From Eledone cirrhosa (lineage: Eukaryota): 64,000 nt of DNA. The notes under the pieces were generated by a model. That model was given only the letters and a program-made list of their open reading frames with translations, ran no database searches and was not told the DNA's origin. The stretch lies in contig OZ024740.1 of assembly GCA_964016885.1 (NCBI GenBank), positions 237,832,001 through 237,896,000 on the forward strand, given 5' to 3'. Numbering within the stretch: position 1 is the stretch's first letter; the number at the start of each line of letters is the position of its first letter. Of the stretch, positions 39,518 to 53,513 are shown one piece after another. The translations under genes and the position numbers were made by a program.

Positions 39518-42265
39518 ACCGACAACCACCTGATCACCTATAGATCAGGGGAGCACTCCAGTCAGATAGATTTTATCCTCATCAGAGGACGTGACAGATG
39601 GACGGTCGTAAACACAAAAGCCTTCCCTAATGAGGAATGTACATCCCAACATAGCTTAGTTGTCAGCGACCTCACGGTCAGAACTAGACGAACCTGGAAA
39701 CAGAGGCCAACCTGGAGAAGAAAGATCTGGAAGCTGAAAGACCCCTCAACCAGTAACAGATTTTAAAATATTTTACTCAACGCCTACGACAGTAAAGAAG
39801 AACAGATAGAGACATTCAATGTAGAAGAGAACTGGGAGTTCCTAAAAAATAATTTACTAGAGGCGACGGATGAGGTCTGTGGCTGGAGTAAGACCTCAAG
39901 CAGGAGGAGAGTGACTTGGTGGTGGAACAATAAGGTAGATGAAGCAGTTAAGGCCAAGAGACAGGCATGGAAAGAATGGAAGAACGGGGGGAGCAGGGTA
40001 CATTACATAGAGACCAAGAGGGAAGCTAGGCGACAAGTATACTTAGCTAGGAGGGAAGCAGAGGATAGAAAATTCAAGCATGTTTTGCAACGTGAGGACC
40101 AGAAACAGGAGGTGTTCAAGATTGCGAGGCAGTGTGTCAGAGATAGTTGTGATGTCATTGGAGAGAAGAGTATCCAGAATGATAAAGGTGAGCTTGCCCT
40201 CACAAGTGCTGAGAAGAAAGATGCATGGAAGAGTCATTATGATAGATTACTAAATGAGGAGAATGTATGGGAAGAAGAGACCCTACCCCAAGTAGACCCT
40301 ATAGAGGGGCCAGCAGTAGAAGTCAGCAGCAACGTAGTAAGTAAGGCAATCAAAGATATGAAGATGGGGAAGGCATCTGGTCCATCGGGTATAGCTGTCG
40401 AGATGCTGAAGGCATATGGGTCTGTAGGTCACACTATAACCACACGTATTGTTAACCAGGTAATACTAGAAAGTGTCATACCAAAAGATTGGTGCAGTAG
40501 CATCATTGTCAACTGCTACAAAGGTAAAGGTGATGCACTAGATAGAGGAAACTATAGAGGTAAAAAGTTAATGGACCAGGTCATGAAAGTAACAGAAAGA
40601 GTTATAGCACAGTTGATTAGGGACCGGGTGAAAATAGACGAGATGCAATTTGGGTTTGTACCAGGATGAGGCACCACTGATGCCCTCTTCCTTGTGAGGC
40701 AGTTACAGGAAAAGTACCTAGCTAAAAGTAAGCCACTCTACTTTGCATTTGTCGACCTTGAGAAAGCCTTTGACAGAGTTCCACGTGCTGTAATCTTAGA
40801 AAACTAGGAGTAGTTGAATGGCTTGTGAAAGCGGTACAAGCCATGTATAGGGGAGCAGTCAGCAAAGTTAGGATTAGCAATGAGTATAGCGAGGAATTTA
40901 GTGTACAGGTTGGTGTCCACCAGGGCTCTGTTCTTAGCCCTCTCCTGTTCATCATAGTCCTGCAGGCAATAACGGTGGAGTTTAAGACCGGATGCCCATG
41001 GGAACTCCTGTATGCTGATGACCTCGCACTTATAGCTGAATCTATGGTAGAACTAGAGAATAAATTCCAAACTTGGAACTAGAAAGAAAGGGTCTCAAAG
41101 TCAACATGACAAAGACTAAGGTCCTTGTAAGTAGACAAGAAAACAGAACCCAGATCCCCTCAGGGAAATGGCCTTGCTCAGTATGTAGGAAAGGTGTAAG
41201 TAGGAACTCCATTCTCTGCCCCAAATGCAAACAATGGGTACACAAGAGATGTAGCGGGATCTCAGGAAGCTTAATTAAGAATGTAGGCTTCACATGCAGC
41301 AGCTGTGCTGGGACAGCAAGCAGCAAACAGCCACAGGAAACAAGTACCACCAATCTCTGGGAGGGCTCTGTAGAAACAGTAGACAGCTTCTGCTACCTAG
41401 GTGATCGAATTAGCAGCGGAGGTGGGTGTTCAGAAAGTACAATAACTAGGGTAAGAACGGGATGGAAGAAGTTTAGGGAACTACTACCACTGCTAGCTGC
41501 AAAAGGCTTCTCCCTCAGAATGAAAGGCAGACTGTATGATGCGTGTATCCGAACAGCAATGTTACATGGTAGTGAGACCTGGGCGCTGAAGGTGGAAGAC
41601 TTACGTAGATTAGAGAGAAATGAAGCCTGCATGCTCCGATGGATGTGTAACAGTAATATACGTGAACGACAAAGCATAAATGAATTGAGAGAGAGACTGA
41701 GCATAAGAGGAATCAAATGCTGTGTGCAGGAGAGGCGGTTGCGCTGCTATGGACATGTGATGCGTATGAAGGATGACAGCTGCATAAAAAGGTGCAGAGC
41801 ACTAGAAGTCGATGGAAACCGCGGAGTGGGGAGACCCAAGATGACCTGGGTGAGGTGATAAAAGCCGATCTTACCCAATTACACTTCTCAAAGGCAATGA
41901 CACATGACCGTGACCTCTGGCGTCACGCAGTAATACAGAGTACCCGACCTCCCATGGGTACATGCTGAAGCATATAAACAATATGCCCCCCCCCCCACCG
42001 CAAGGTGGTCGTGGAGGTGCCACGGCAAAAAAGCACCCAGCCCACACTGTAAAGTGGACGTGTAGGTGCCACGAAAAAGCACCCAGCATTCACTGTAAAT
42101 GAGGTTGGTGTTAGGAAGGGCATCCAGCTGTAGAAATCAAGCCAAATCAGTTCCTGTATGAGCAAGGCATGGTCAGCCGACCAGACACTGCCCACAACAG
42201 GACAACCCGTCTAACCCATGCTAGCGTGGAAGAACGGACGTAAAACGGTGATGATGATGATGATA
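39518..42265 (+). mobile_element. RTE LINE, third subfamily, including the endonuclease C-terminus; disrupted
   Basis: TYRSGEHSSQIDFIL...SQHSLV at 39535-39665; RT ORFs 39911-40669, 40825-41082 and 41073-41858; (GAT)n tail. Confidence 0.92.
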
Positions 42266-42267
42266 AA

Positions 42268-43790
42268 TGTACCACTGATGCTCTCATCCTTGCAAGGCAA
42301 CTGCAGAAGTACCTAGCTAAAAGTAAACCCCTATACTTGGCATTTGTGGACCTGGAGAAAGCTTTTAACAGAGACCCCCGTTCCATTATCTTAGAAAACT
42401 AGGCGTAGATGAGTGGCTTATGATGGCAGTACAAGCCACATATAGAGGAACAGCCAGCAAGGTTAGAATTAACAAGTATAGTGAAGAATTTAGCATGAAG
42501 GTAGGAGTACATCAAGGCTCTATTATTAGCTTTCTTCTTTTTATTATTATTCGGCAGGTTATAACAGAAGAGTTTATGACTGGCTGCCCATGGTTGTTTC
42601 TGCTGAATATCTAACCCTTATAGCTGAATCTATGGCAGAACTAGAAAAGAAATTCAACCTGGCAAAGACCAAAGTCCTAGTATGTAGAAAAGATTTCAGG
42701 GCCCAGATTTCCTCAGGGAAATAGCCTTGCTCAGTGTGCAGGAAAGGAGTAGGTAGGAATTCCATCCTATGCCCCAAATGCAAACTATGGGTACACAAGG
42801 AATGTAGTAGGATCTCAGGTAGGCTAACAAAGAATGTAGGTTTTATATGTGGTCATTTCACAGGCACAGTAAGTAGCTACAGCCCACAGGATACTTGCTC
42901 CTTTAAATGCCCAGAGAGCTCAGTAGAAGTAGTTGATAGTTTCCATTACTTAGGTGACCAAATTAGCAGTGGAAGTGGATGTTCCGGAAGTACTGTAACT
43001 AGAGTGAGAACAGGATGGGGAAAGTTCAGGGAGCTACTACTGCTGCTAGCCTCAAAAGGTTTTTCCCTCAAAATAAAAGGCAGATTGTAAGATGCATGCA
43101 TACAAGCAGCAATGTTGCATGGCAGTAACACCTGGCACTGCAGAGGACATACCAAGATTGGAAATACATGAAGCTTCCATGCTTCGATGGATGTGTAATA
43201 GTAATATACATGAATGGTAAAGCATAAATGAACTGAGAGAGAAACTGGGTATAAGAGGAGTCAGGTGCAGTGTGCAGTAGTGGAAAATACATCAGTATGG
43301 ACAGGTAATGCATATGAAGGATGACAGCTGTATAAAAAGGTGTAGGGGGTTCAAGGTTGATGGAAGCTATGGCGTAGGAAAACATAGGAAGTCTTGTGAT
43401 GAGGTGATAAAAGCTGACCATGCACAATTGTACCTCTCAAAGTCAATGAAACAGGATCAATATCTCTGGTGTTATGAAGTTATACAGAAGATCCACCATT
43501 CCATGTGCACAGGTTGAAGTATACATCTTGTACGCACTGATTTCCCCGCCCCCTTCCATACATCTCCCCACCCTAACAACCCTTCCCCCATCATTGTACC
43601 TCCCCCTCTTGGACCTCAAATATTCTAACACTCCACCCATGACTGAACACCACACCCCTAACCCACACTGTAAAGTGTTCTTGATGGCGACACGGTAAAG
43701 TAATTGTGAAGGTGTCATGACAATACATGATACATGAATACAAAGGGGTTTTCACTAAGAAGGATATCCAAAACTGATGATGATCATCAT
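42268..43790 (+). mobile_element. Older degenerate RTE copy
   Basis: Fragmented ORFs 42420-43517 are homologous to the RTE RT and C-terminus. Confidence 0.88.
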
Positions 43791-44063
43791 CACCATAATC
43801 ATACGTGAATTCAAGATGTAATCCCCCCTCTCTCTCCCTCTCTCTCACCTTTCAACTTCATCAGCTAAATGTAAACTCATAGAAGTGGTTAATCTGCCAT
43901 GCCAATATCAGCCACTCATCTGCTTAGATATTTTATTTTTCACATTTTTCTCAAGAGTTTTACTACTAAGTTTCAGATAAGCGAATTATTTGCTATTCAA
44001 TTATTATTTAAGGGTTTCTCTTGTAGAAATTGTATATATGTTATATATATTGAAACAGGAGTG

Positions 44064-44201
<138 letters not shown>

Positions 44202-44238
44202 GGAAACATCCTTTAAATGATGATGATGTTATAATGTG

Positions 44239-44356
<118 letters not shown>

Positions 44357-44370
44357 CATGTTTGTGTGCA

Positions 44371-44409
<39 letters not shown>

Positions 44410-45078
44410 TATATATATTATATATATAATATAGCAAAGGCAAAGATATATACGTAACTCAAATATGTGTGGAAAATTATATATTCAAGTATATATTGCC
44501 AAACAATTTAGAAATATCTCAATGCTTTCATATATTAGTCTGGAGAAAAGGGAGAATGATTTTAGGGAGAAAAAGTTGGAAGGACAAGCATAAACAGAGA
44601 GCAAATATAATCAAATATATTGATGGAATTTAAAAACTAATTTTCCCATCTATATATTTGATTATATATAATATATATATAGATAGATAGATATATGAAT
44701 ATGTGTGTATATGTATTACATACATATATATATACACACACACATGGAGGCACATGGCTTAGTAGTTAGAGCATTGGGCTTGCAATCGAAAGGTTGCAAA
44801 TTCAATTCTCAGACCGGGTGGTGTGTTATTTCCTTGAGCAAGACACTTTATTTCACATTGCTCCAGTTTACTCAGCTGTAGAAATGAGATGATAGGGACT
44901 GGGGTCCCTATCATTCCACTGCAAAGTGGTCGTGGAGGTGCCACGGCAAAAAAAGCACCTAGCACTCACTGTAAATGAGGTTGGTGTTAGGTCCAGCCGT
45001 AGAAATCAAGCCAGAATCAGTTCCCGTCCCACCCTTGCAAGCAGGGAAAAGCGGACGTAAAATGATGATGATGATGAT

Positions 45079-45125
<47 letters not shown>

Positions 45126-45220
45126 TTGTAACTAGCAAATAGTTTATCGCATAATTGCAAACGAATCGAATATTATTATTAATATTCAAAAAACTCAGAT
45201 TACATTTATATTCATATGAG

Positions 45221-45263
<43 letters not shown>

Positions 45264-46241
45264 TTCTCTTTATCACTCCATATATGTTTCTCCCTTTCTC
45301 ACACACTCTCTCTCACTCTTACACTCTCTTTCTTTCGCTCACCCTCTCTATTTTTCTTTCTGCACCTTCACCATCTAAAACTTCATTTATTCATTTCACC
45401 AGCTAATCAACCATGTCAGCATCTATGGCTTCTCTACAGGGCATATTACTTTTCATTTGCTTGAAGAAACTACCATAAAACTACTGCTTAGTTTCAGTTA
45501 AGTGAATTATTTCTCTTGCTTTATTATTATTAATAGCTTCGCTTAGCTGCTAGAAATTGTATATATGCTCGTTATGTTAGTAGAACAGGTGAACACAACT
45601 TATAACAAGAATGGTGGTCACCTTTCTCCCTCCCTAGACTAGTATGTCTCACCATATATCAAACTATCCAAATGACATTGAAACTCCTTTGCTCATTTTA
45701 TTTGCTAACCTGACATACCCTATGCCATTGAGACTCCTTTTACAGTCACCTACCTCAGACCATGGGGCAAACTGAGACAGCTCTAGAAGACAGCCAACCA
45801 GCTGGTAGTTAACTACCTGAATAAGCTGTATAAAGCAAATAGCCAAGGAGATCAGTAATCATCATCATTATCATCATTATCATCATCATCTTCATCATTG
45901 TTTTACATCTGCTTTCTTTGCTAACAAATGTTGGACTGGCCTTCACAGCCCGAATCAGCACAGAAGCAGGGCTACTGACCTCCTAGATAAGTTCGGGGTC
46001 TGCATCTCTCTCATATATGATCTCACATTCTACCAAGTGAATTAAATTCAACATGAGTAAGATGTCCTTTCCACAAGCTGCAGTGAACAAAAACCATCTA
46101 AGAGAGTACTAACTCTGAATAAAGGAGACACAAACTCTGCAAAATACAATGAAGATAATCCATGCAAGAAAGCAGCAATTTTGAATAAAATCTGATACAG
46201 TGTAGGCAGAATACTTCAATCCTCTTAAACAATCTCCTTAA

Positions 46242-46441
46242 CCCTTTAGCATTCATATTACTCTATATTTACTATTGTATTTTCACAGAAAAAGCTTTAC
46301 CTCATATAATTATTTCACATAATATTGAATATGAGATTTTGATACTATTTATTTTGAGAACAACACCTTAAAGTCAGTATGAAGGACCAGTTATGGCTGG
46401 TTTGTGAGAGAATTCTGGCCGGATATGGCTGGTTTAAAGGG
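46242..46441. mobile_element. TTAA-flanked MITE
   Basis: ttaa-cccttta ... taaaggg-ttaa; interior matches 8574-8943. Confidence 0.72.
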
Positions 46442-47104
46442 TTAATGTGGGTGGCATGCTAAATTGTAATTACTCCATGTTGTAAAAGAGTTTATAGTGA
46501 GAAGAGCATCCAGATTTTAAAAAAAAAACATCAAAAATATGCCAGTCAAATTAATGAAAAAAATAATTGTATACCCAAGGCTACCATATTATTACTGTAC
46601 ACAGTATTGAGGTTAACTTTGCCTTTCATCCTTACGGGGTCGATAAAATAAAGTACCAGTAATGCACTGGGTAATTGCTGGCCTTGTGCCTAAAGTAGAA
46701 ACAATTATTACTGTACACAGTCAAATCCCGCCAAGGTTAACTTTGCCTTTCATCCTTATGGGGTCGATAAAATAAAGTACCACTAATGTACTGGGTATTT
46801 GCTGGCCTTGTGCCTAAAGTAGAAACAATTATTACTGTACACAGTAGTGAGGTGACTAGTTGGGCACATCTGGTCAAGTGGGACAATCTCCTGACTATCA
46901 TGAAATGATTGCACTCTCTCAAATATCCAATACTAATTATATTTATCCAATATATCCAATACTAATTATATTTCAATGTATTTGGAAATATTTCTGCTGG
47001 TGTAATGTCATATAGCTTTCCTACATTAATAATTTGAATAATTGGAAACATGAAACTTCAGCTTCTAATAACTCAAATGCATTCTATTTTATACAGTGAA
47101 TACT

Positions 47105-47144
47105 TTTCCTCATCTGTAAACACAAATAGTCACTTATCCATATG

Positions 47145-47177
<33 letters not shown>

Positions 47178-47228
47178 ATGTGTGTGTGTAAGTATATATA
47201 TATATATATATATATATATACTTACACA

Positions 47229-47290
<62 letters not shown>

Positions 47291-47335
47291 CATATGGATA
47301 AGTGACTATTTGTGTTTACAGATGAGGAAATAATG

Positions 47336-47415
<80 letters not shown>

Positions 47416-47470
47416 CATTATTTCCTCATCTGTAAACACAAATAGTCACTTATCCATATGTATATATATA
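47105..47470. repeat. Three alternating inverted copies of a ~40-bp unique segment pivoting on microsatellites
   Basis: tttcctcatctgtaaacacaaatagtcacttatccatatg at 47106(+), 47291(-) and 47421(+). Confidence 0.9.
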
Positions 47471-47476
47471 TATATA

Positions 47477-47582
<106 letters not shown>

Positions 47583-47683
47583 TATATAACTTTGAATAAC
47601 TTTGAATAACTTTGAAATGTTTTGGCCAGTATTGGCCCAGGCCATGTCTAACTTAATAGCACCACCTGGCGAAGTCTTTCAAT

Positions 47684-50600
47684 TCAGGATTTGGGCACCA
47701 TGGCCCATTCGAGAAGAGAATTACTGTTTGCGGAGACATATCCGGGTGTGGGTGGTTTGTCCGGGATTACTTGGAGGAATTTGTCCAAAGACTTCTTGAA
47801 TTTTGTGTGGTCAGTTTCTGTTTTGACATGTCCTGGTGTGATGTTGAAGAGAGCAGGGCCGATTGAGGTGAAATAATTGTGCCGTATTGTTGTTATGAGT
47901 TGCGATTTAGATTTTTGAATGGGACGGATAGCACGGGGCCCAAGCCTTGGGTGTATCTTGAAGGCGATGCCAACATCATTTGGGCAGTGATGATGGAACA
48001 TTTTCCACATCATGCAGATAATATAACGCTCACGGCGACGTTGGAGTGAGTAAAGTTTCAGGTTTTCTAATCGACCCCAGTAGTCAAGGTCTGACATGCC
48101 ATCTATCTTTTTCGTGATTGCCCTTTGAGGAGCTTCAAGTTTCATGATACTTTGTTTCGTGTGGGGAGACCACAGTGGACAACAGTATTCAAGGTGTGGT
48201 CGGGCGAAAGTAGAGAAGAGAAGGATAATGGTGCGGGAATCTCTCGACTGGAAGGTTCTGAGGATCCAGGAACACATTCTGCGGGCCATGTCAACTTTGC
48301 TGCTTATATGCGTGGTCCAGCTTATGTTGCTGTCCACGGTTACTCCCAAGTCTCTGATGTTGTTAGATGCCACGAGAGTTTCCCCGGAGGGAAGGGAGTA
48401 CGGGAGTTTCAGAGCATCCTCTTTTCCAAAGTGGATCAGTTCGAATTTGTCTTCGTTCAGTAACATGTTGTTCTTTTCTGCCCATTGGGTAACAGCCAGT
48501 AGGTCTGACTGAAGGCTTATCCGGTCATCCACGCCATTGATGACCTTTTTGAGCTTGGAATCATCAGCGAAAATTTTAATGTTGCTGTGTTTGATGATGT
48601 CAGTGATGTCATTAATATAGATGATGAAGAGAAGTGGGCCCAACACAGTGCCTTGTGGGACCCCACTACTGACTTTGGCTGGGCTTGATTTGACTCCCTC
48701 AACTACAACATGTTGGGTTCTGTTTGACAGGAAGCTCTTGATCCACTGCAGCAGCTTTCCAGTGACACCAATATTGGACAGCTTTCGCAGTAGAATGTTA
48801 TGATCAACCCTGTCAAAGGCCTTGCTGAAATCAAGGTAGATAACATCAGTGTTGGAACCCTCTCCCAAGGCTCTCAAAATGTCATCAAAGTGATGCAGTA
48901 GCTGCGTCAGGCAATCCCTTCCATTACGGAATCCATGCTGGTTGGAGTTCAGCATATTGTTACTCTCAAGGAAGTGGGTCATTCGCGATCTCACCACTCG
49001 CTCAAATACCTTAATGATATGAGAGGTGAGTGAGATTGGACGGTAATTCACGGCAAGGGATTTGTTTCCCTTTTTGAAAACTGGGACAACAGACTGGGAT
49101 AGGAGGTTTTCTGGCACATATCCAGCATCCAGTGAGTTCCGCCACAGATTGGCAAGAGGAGATGCAAGTTGGTGTTGACACGCCTTCAAGACACAAGCAG
49201 GGAACCTATCGGGACCTACTGCTGAATTATGCTTGATTTCCTTTATTGCCGCCAAGACATCAGGGGCGCCAAACGTTATGTCCGATAAGGTGTAATGGGG
49301 AGTAACATCACCGATACAGCCCAGATCGGCCATATCAGGATTGCTGAAAACAGAGCAGTATTGTTTCTGCAGTATCTCACCCATGGTTTTAGCATTGTCT
49401 TGAAGAGTGCCATTTTCATCAATTAGAGGGCCAACAGTAGAGCCAGTGATTTTGTGTTTTTTTGCAAATGAAAAGAACACTTTGGGATTGAGTTTGATCT
49501 TCTCAATGGCCCAGGCCTCTTCAGCTCTTCTCTGATTGTTGATGAGGGACATTATGTTGTTTTGGAGGTTATGTTTTTTAATCTCTAGTGATGAAATGGC
49601 AGTCAAGTTGATGTGTTGCTGCTGACAGTATTTCAGCTTGTTGATTTTTTTGTTCGTTCTCTTAATTTTTCTGATGAGCGTTTTTCTATTTCTAGGGATT
49701 CTGCTCTTAGATTTGTTTATAGTTCTTAATGGGGTGTGTTTAGCACATATGTTTGTAACAGTGTCCACAAATGTCTGCCAGGACTTTTTGATGTTAGTGG
49801 GTGTATGAGTGTGCGTGAAGGACCAGTCGACATGTGCAAGATCATGACTGATCGCTTCCCAGTTTGCATTGTGGAAATCCATAGCGTCAAACGGATGGAC
49901 AGGAGAGATGACATTGGGTTTGTATATTGGACGGTGGAATCTCAGATCACAGAGAACCATGTCATGATCAGAGAGTAGAGTTTTCTCCACTGCAATATTG
50001 TGGATATTGTCAGTGTGATTGCTGAAAATTAAGTCTAGGACGTTTTTGTGGCACCTCGTTGGTTCGAGCACCAGTTGGGATAGGAAGAAATCATCCATGA
50101 AGTCAAGAAGCGATTCCACAGCTTCCCTGTCAGAGGTTGAGGCAGAAGAACCTGGTGGCAGGCTGTTTGTGGACCAGTCAACTCCGGGGAGGTTGAAGTC
50201 CCCCATCATTAAGATGTTGTCAGGGTGACACTCTTGGATGAAACACTTTATGCTGTTGAGGCATTCCTTGAAGCATGGTACAGGCGTTTGGGGTGGCCTA
50301 TAGAGCCCAACTACTAATAGGTTGTTGGTTTGACTGAATACAGTGACTGCCTCACAGTATCCATTAGTGAATATGTTCATAGCCTCTGTTGAGAAAGAAT
50401 TATGGACATAAATGGCAGTTCCGCCCTTTCTTCTGCCAGCGCGATCAGCACGGATGGCTTTGAAATTTTTCACTTTCACCTCGGCTTCCAAGTGGAGGTT
50501 ACTGAGATGGGTTTCAGTGAGGACGAAGAAAGGGATGTGGTTTGGATGGACATCAATCCAGTCCTCCAGGAATTTGATCTTCCATTTTTGAGTATTGGTG

Positions 50601-50704
50601 GAAGGGCTGATGCCTTGGGCGTTAAGCAAAAATGTAGAGGCGAGAGTGGATGGTTTTAATTGTTTTGGTGTGTTGTTAATTTGTTTGTTTGTTAATGGCA
50701 GCAA
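47684..50704 (-). CDS. ORF2: APE endonuclease plus reverse transcriptase, 1006 aa
   Basis: LTETHL, GDFNLP, LDLIF, SDH (EN); NYRPISLTS, YLDFSKAFD, GVPQGTVLGPLLF, FADD, RDLGV (RT). Confidence 0.95.
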   Translation of the reverse strand: MLPLTNKQINNTPKQLKPSTLASTFLLNAQGISPSTNTQKWKIKFLEDWIDVHPNHIPFFVLTETHLSNLHLEAEVKVKNFKAIRADRAGRRKGGTAIYVHNSFSTEAMNIFTNGYCEAVTVFSQTNNLLVVGLYRPPQTPVPCFKECLNSIKCFIQECHPDNILMMGDFNLPGVDWSTNSLPPGSSASTSDREAVESLLDFMDDFFLSQLVLEPTRCHKNVLDLIFSNHTDNIHNIAVEKTLLSDHDMVLCDLRFHRPIYKPNVISPVHPFDAMDFHNANWEAISHDLAHVDWSFTHTHTPTNIKKSWQTFVDTVTNICAKHTPLRTINKSKSRIPRNRKTLIRKIKRTNKKINKLKYCQQQHINLTAISSLEIKKHNLQNNIMSLINNQRRAEEAWAIEKIKLNPKVFFSFAKKHKITGSTVGPLIDENGTLQDNAKTMGEILQKQYCSVFSNPDMADLGCIGDVTPHYTLSDITFGAPDVLAAIKEIKHNSAVGPDRFPACVLKACQHQLASPLANLWRNSLDAGYVPENLLSQSVVPVFKKGNKSLAVNYRPISLTSHIIKVFERVVRSRMTHFLESNNMLNSNQHGFRNGRDCLTQLLHHFDDILRALGEGSNTDVIYLDFSKAFDRVDHNILLRKLSNIGVTGKLLQWIKSFLSNRTQHVVVEGVKSSPAKVSSGVPQGTVLGPLLFIIYINDITDIIKHSNIKIFADDSKLKKVINGVDDRISLQSDLLAVTQWAEKNNMLLNEDKFELIHFGKEDALKLPYSLPSGETLVASNNIRDLGVTVDSNISWTTHISSKVDMARRMCSWILRTFQSRDSRTIILLFSTFARPHLEYCCPLWSPHTKQSIMKLEAPQRAITKKIDGMSDLDYWGRLENLKLYSLQRRRERYIICMMWKMFHHHCPNDVGIAFKIHPRLGPRAIRPIQKSKSQLITTIRHNYFTSIGPALFNITPGHVKTETDHTKFKKSLDKFLQVIPDKPPTPGYVSANSNSLLEWAMVPKS

Positions 50705-51828
50705 TGGGAGTTTGTGCAGTGGGGTGATAGTGGAGGGTGGTGCTGGGTGATAGCTCGAATGTTTTTTTCCAGTTCTTTTGCCAGATTCATTATGGCTAAA
50801 AAAGAGGAAGAAGTTTCCTGTTTAGAAGACTGTTGGTGACTGTGGTAGTGGTTATTTTTATGTAGGTTATGGTTTTTGTTTTTGCTTTTATTTTTAATTT
50901 TATTTTCATTTGTCCGACGGGTCCCCGGGAGATGGGTAAAGGGACAATCCCGGTCTAAACACAATCTGTCTCGCAGGGAAAAACGGCAGATTTGTGGATT
51001 CCTTGTTTGAGTTATTGGTGGTTGTGTTGGTGTTAAATTAGAGTATGTATTATGGTGGTGGCTGTTTGTGGGGATAGATCGTTTTGTCCTAGGTAAATGG
51101 GTGAATTTGCAGCCACTATCCGTACATATTCTATAGCGTAGAGAGTAGCGGCAAATGATGGGGTTTCGAGTGGGTGTGTGTGTTGTGAGAGGTGTAGATG
51201 ATGGTTTGGGTAGGATTTGACGACCTTTGTGGACTGTGGGAGGGAGAGTTCTTGTTCTGGTATTAGAAGGTAAATTCCTTGACATAGCAGTAGACAAAAA
51301 TGTTGTAGTAGTAGTAGTAGTAGTAGGCAGAGATGGAGATGTTGGCAGTGGTGATGATTGGACTGCTGGGCCAGAGAAAGGATGTGGCGTTTCATGCTGT
51401 GAGACAGAGGCTACTGGGGGGTCAATAGTTTCATTTAGTAGATCGGCCATTGTTGATGAATCAAGGAGTGGTTCACACTGTTGTTGTCGTTGTTGTTGTT
51501 GTTGCTGTTGTTGTTGTAGCTGTTGTTGTTGTTGCTGTTGTAGCTGCTGTTGTTGTTGTTGCTGCTGCTGGACAGCATTCGAAGAGAAAACACACCGTAG
51601 TTTATCCAAATGTTTATTGATTAATTTAAAAGCAATTTCGATTTGCTTTAATTTATTTTGAATCTGTTGTTCAGATCGAGTTTTCAAAAATTGAACTGTA
51701 CGTTTAGCAATGTCGTTCAGAGATGAAGCATGTATGTCTTCTGTTTGGGAAAGGCGATGCCATGTGTTTATTAGAATGTCGATTTCATTATCAGACCAGT
51801 TCTGTTTGGATTTTTGCTGGTTAGCCAT
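50692..51828 (-). CDS. ORF1: Myb/SANT-like N-terminus, polyQ, two CCCH zinc fingers, 378 aa
   Basis: [13 protein letters not shown]...[11 protein letters not shown]; [21 protein letters not shown] and [21 protein letters not shown]. Confidence 0.8.
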   Translation of the reverse strand: MANQQKSKQNWSDNEIDILINTWHRLSQTEDIHASSLNDIAKRTVQFLKTRSEQQIQNKLKQIEIAFKLINKHLDKLRCVFSSNAVQQQQQQQQQLQQQQQQQLQQQQQQQQQRQQQCEPLLDSSTMADLLNETIDPPVASVSQHETPHPFSGPAVQSSPLPTSPSLPTTTTTTTTFLSTAMSRNLPSNTRTRTLPPTVHKGRQILPKPSSTPLTTHTPTRNPIICRYSLRYRICTDSGCKFTHLPRTKRSIPTNSHHHNTYSNLTPTQPPITQTRNPQICRFSLRDRLCLDRDCPFTHLPGTRRTNENKIKNKSKNKNHNLHKNNHYHSHQQSSKQETSSSFLAIMNLAKELEKNIRAITQHHPPLSPHCTNSHCCH

Positions 51829-51867
51829 TCTAGTTTTGAGTGTGTGTGTGTTTTAGTTAAGTATTTC

Positions 51868-52439
<572 letters not shown>

Positions 52440-53513
52440 AGATCAAAAGATGGTTAAAGGAGTTCCATATATTTTATTATGCGCATTTCAAAAACAAACA
52501 TCATCAAGCAATAATATTTGTGTTTTCATCAGATAAAACAGGAGAACATGATATGAAGGCTAAAAAACACTTGTTGATAGTGCAGTTTTAAATCAACATA
52601 TGAAAAGTGGTTTTAGATTGATGTGTGATATTGGGAAAAATATTTTATTTAGAGTGGGGGGGGATGAAAAGGGAAGGAGATGAGAGGGAGAGATGGGTGA
52701 TAGAGAGAAAGAGATAGTTTTTATAACTGAGAGGAGATATATTTTTTACATAGAGGGGTTGAAAACCGTTGGAAGATACTGTATAAATTAAAAATTTTGA
52801 AAATTAACGAAGGGAGGATATGTGCGAGGAAAAAATATTTTATTTAGGGAGGGGGGGAGGATGAAAAAAAGGGGGGAGGAGATGAGAGTGAAGGTGGAGA
52901 GGGAGAGATGGGTGATAGAGAGAAAGAGATAGTTTTTATAACTGAGAAAAAGATATATTGTTTTAATATAGAGAGGTTGGGAACCGTTGGAAGATAATGT
53001 ATAAATTAAAGGAATTTGAAAATTAACGAAGGGAAGTTATGTATGAAGATAGAGAGAAAAAAATAATAATTGTGGGTGAATATTCTAACGTCAAAAGAAG
53101 AAATGTATGTATTGTGGCAATTTCAAAATTAGCGAAGAGAAAAGTTGTTATGGTTTGTGTGTAGAAGGATTTGAGAAAAATAATGTGAAGTTAAAGTTTG
53201 TATATTGAATTGATATGTATTAATAATGAGTTCGTTGATGGGGAGAAAAAAATAATAATAAATTAAGGATGAAATTGAGATTAAAAAGATTTATGATAGA
53301 GAGAAAAAATAATAATGATTGCGGATGAATATTCAAAATGTCAAAAACAAATGTTATTATTTTACGAGAAGATAGAATGAGGGTAATGAGTAAACGAGTA
53401 TTATAGAGTGTATAATGCCCTTTAAAGTAAGGTAAGGTAGATGGGTATATTTTAAAGAGGTGTATGTATATGTGCCTTTGAGAAAAGATTCTAAATTGAT
53501 AAAGAATTGAATA

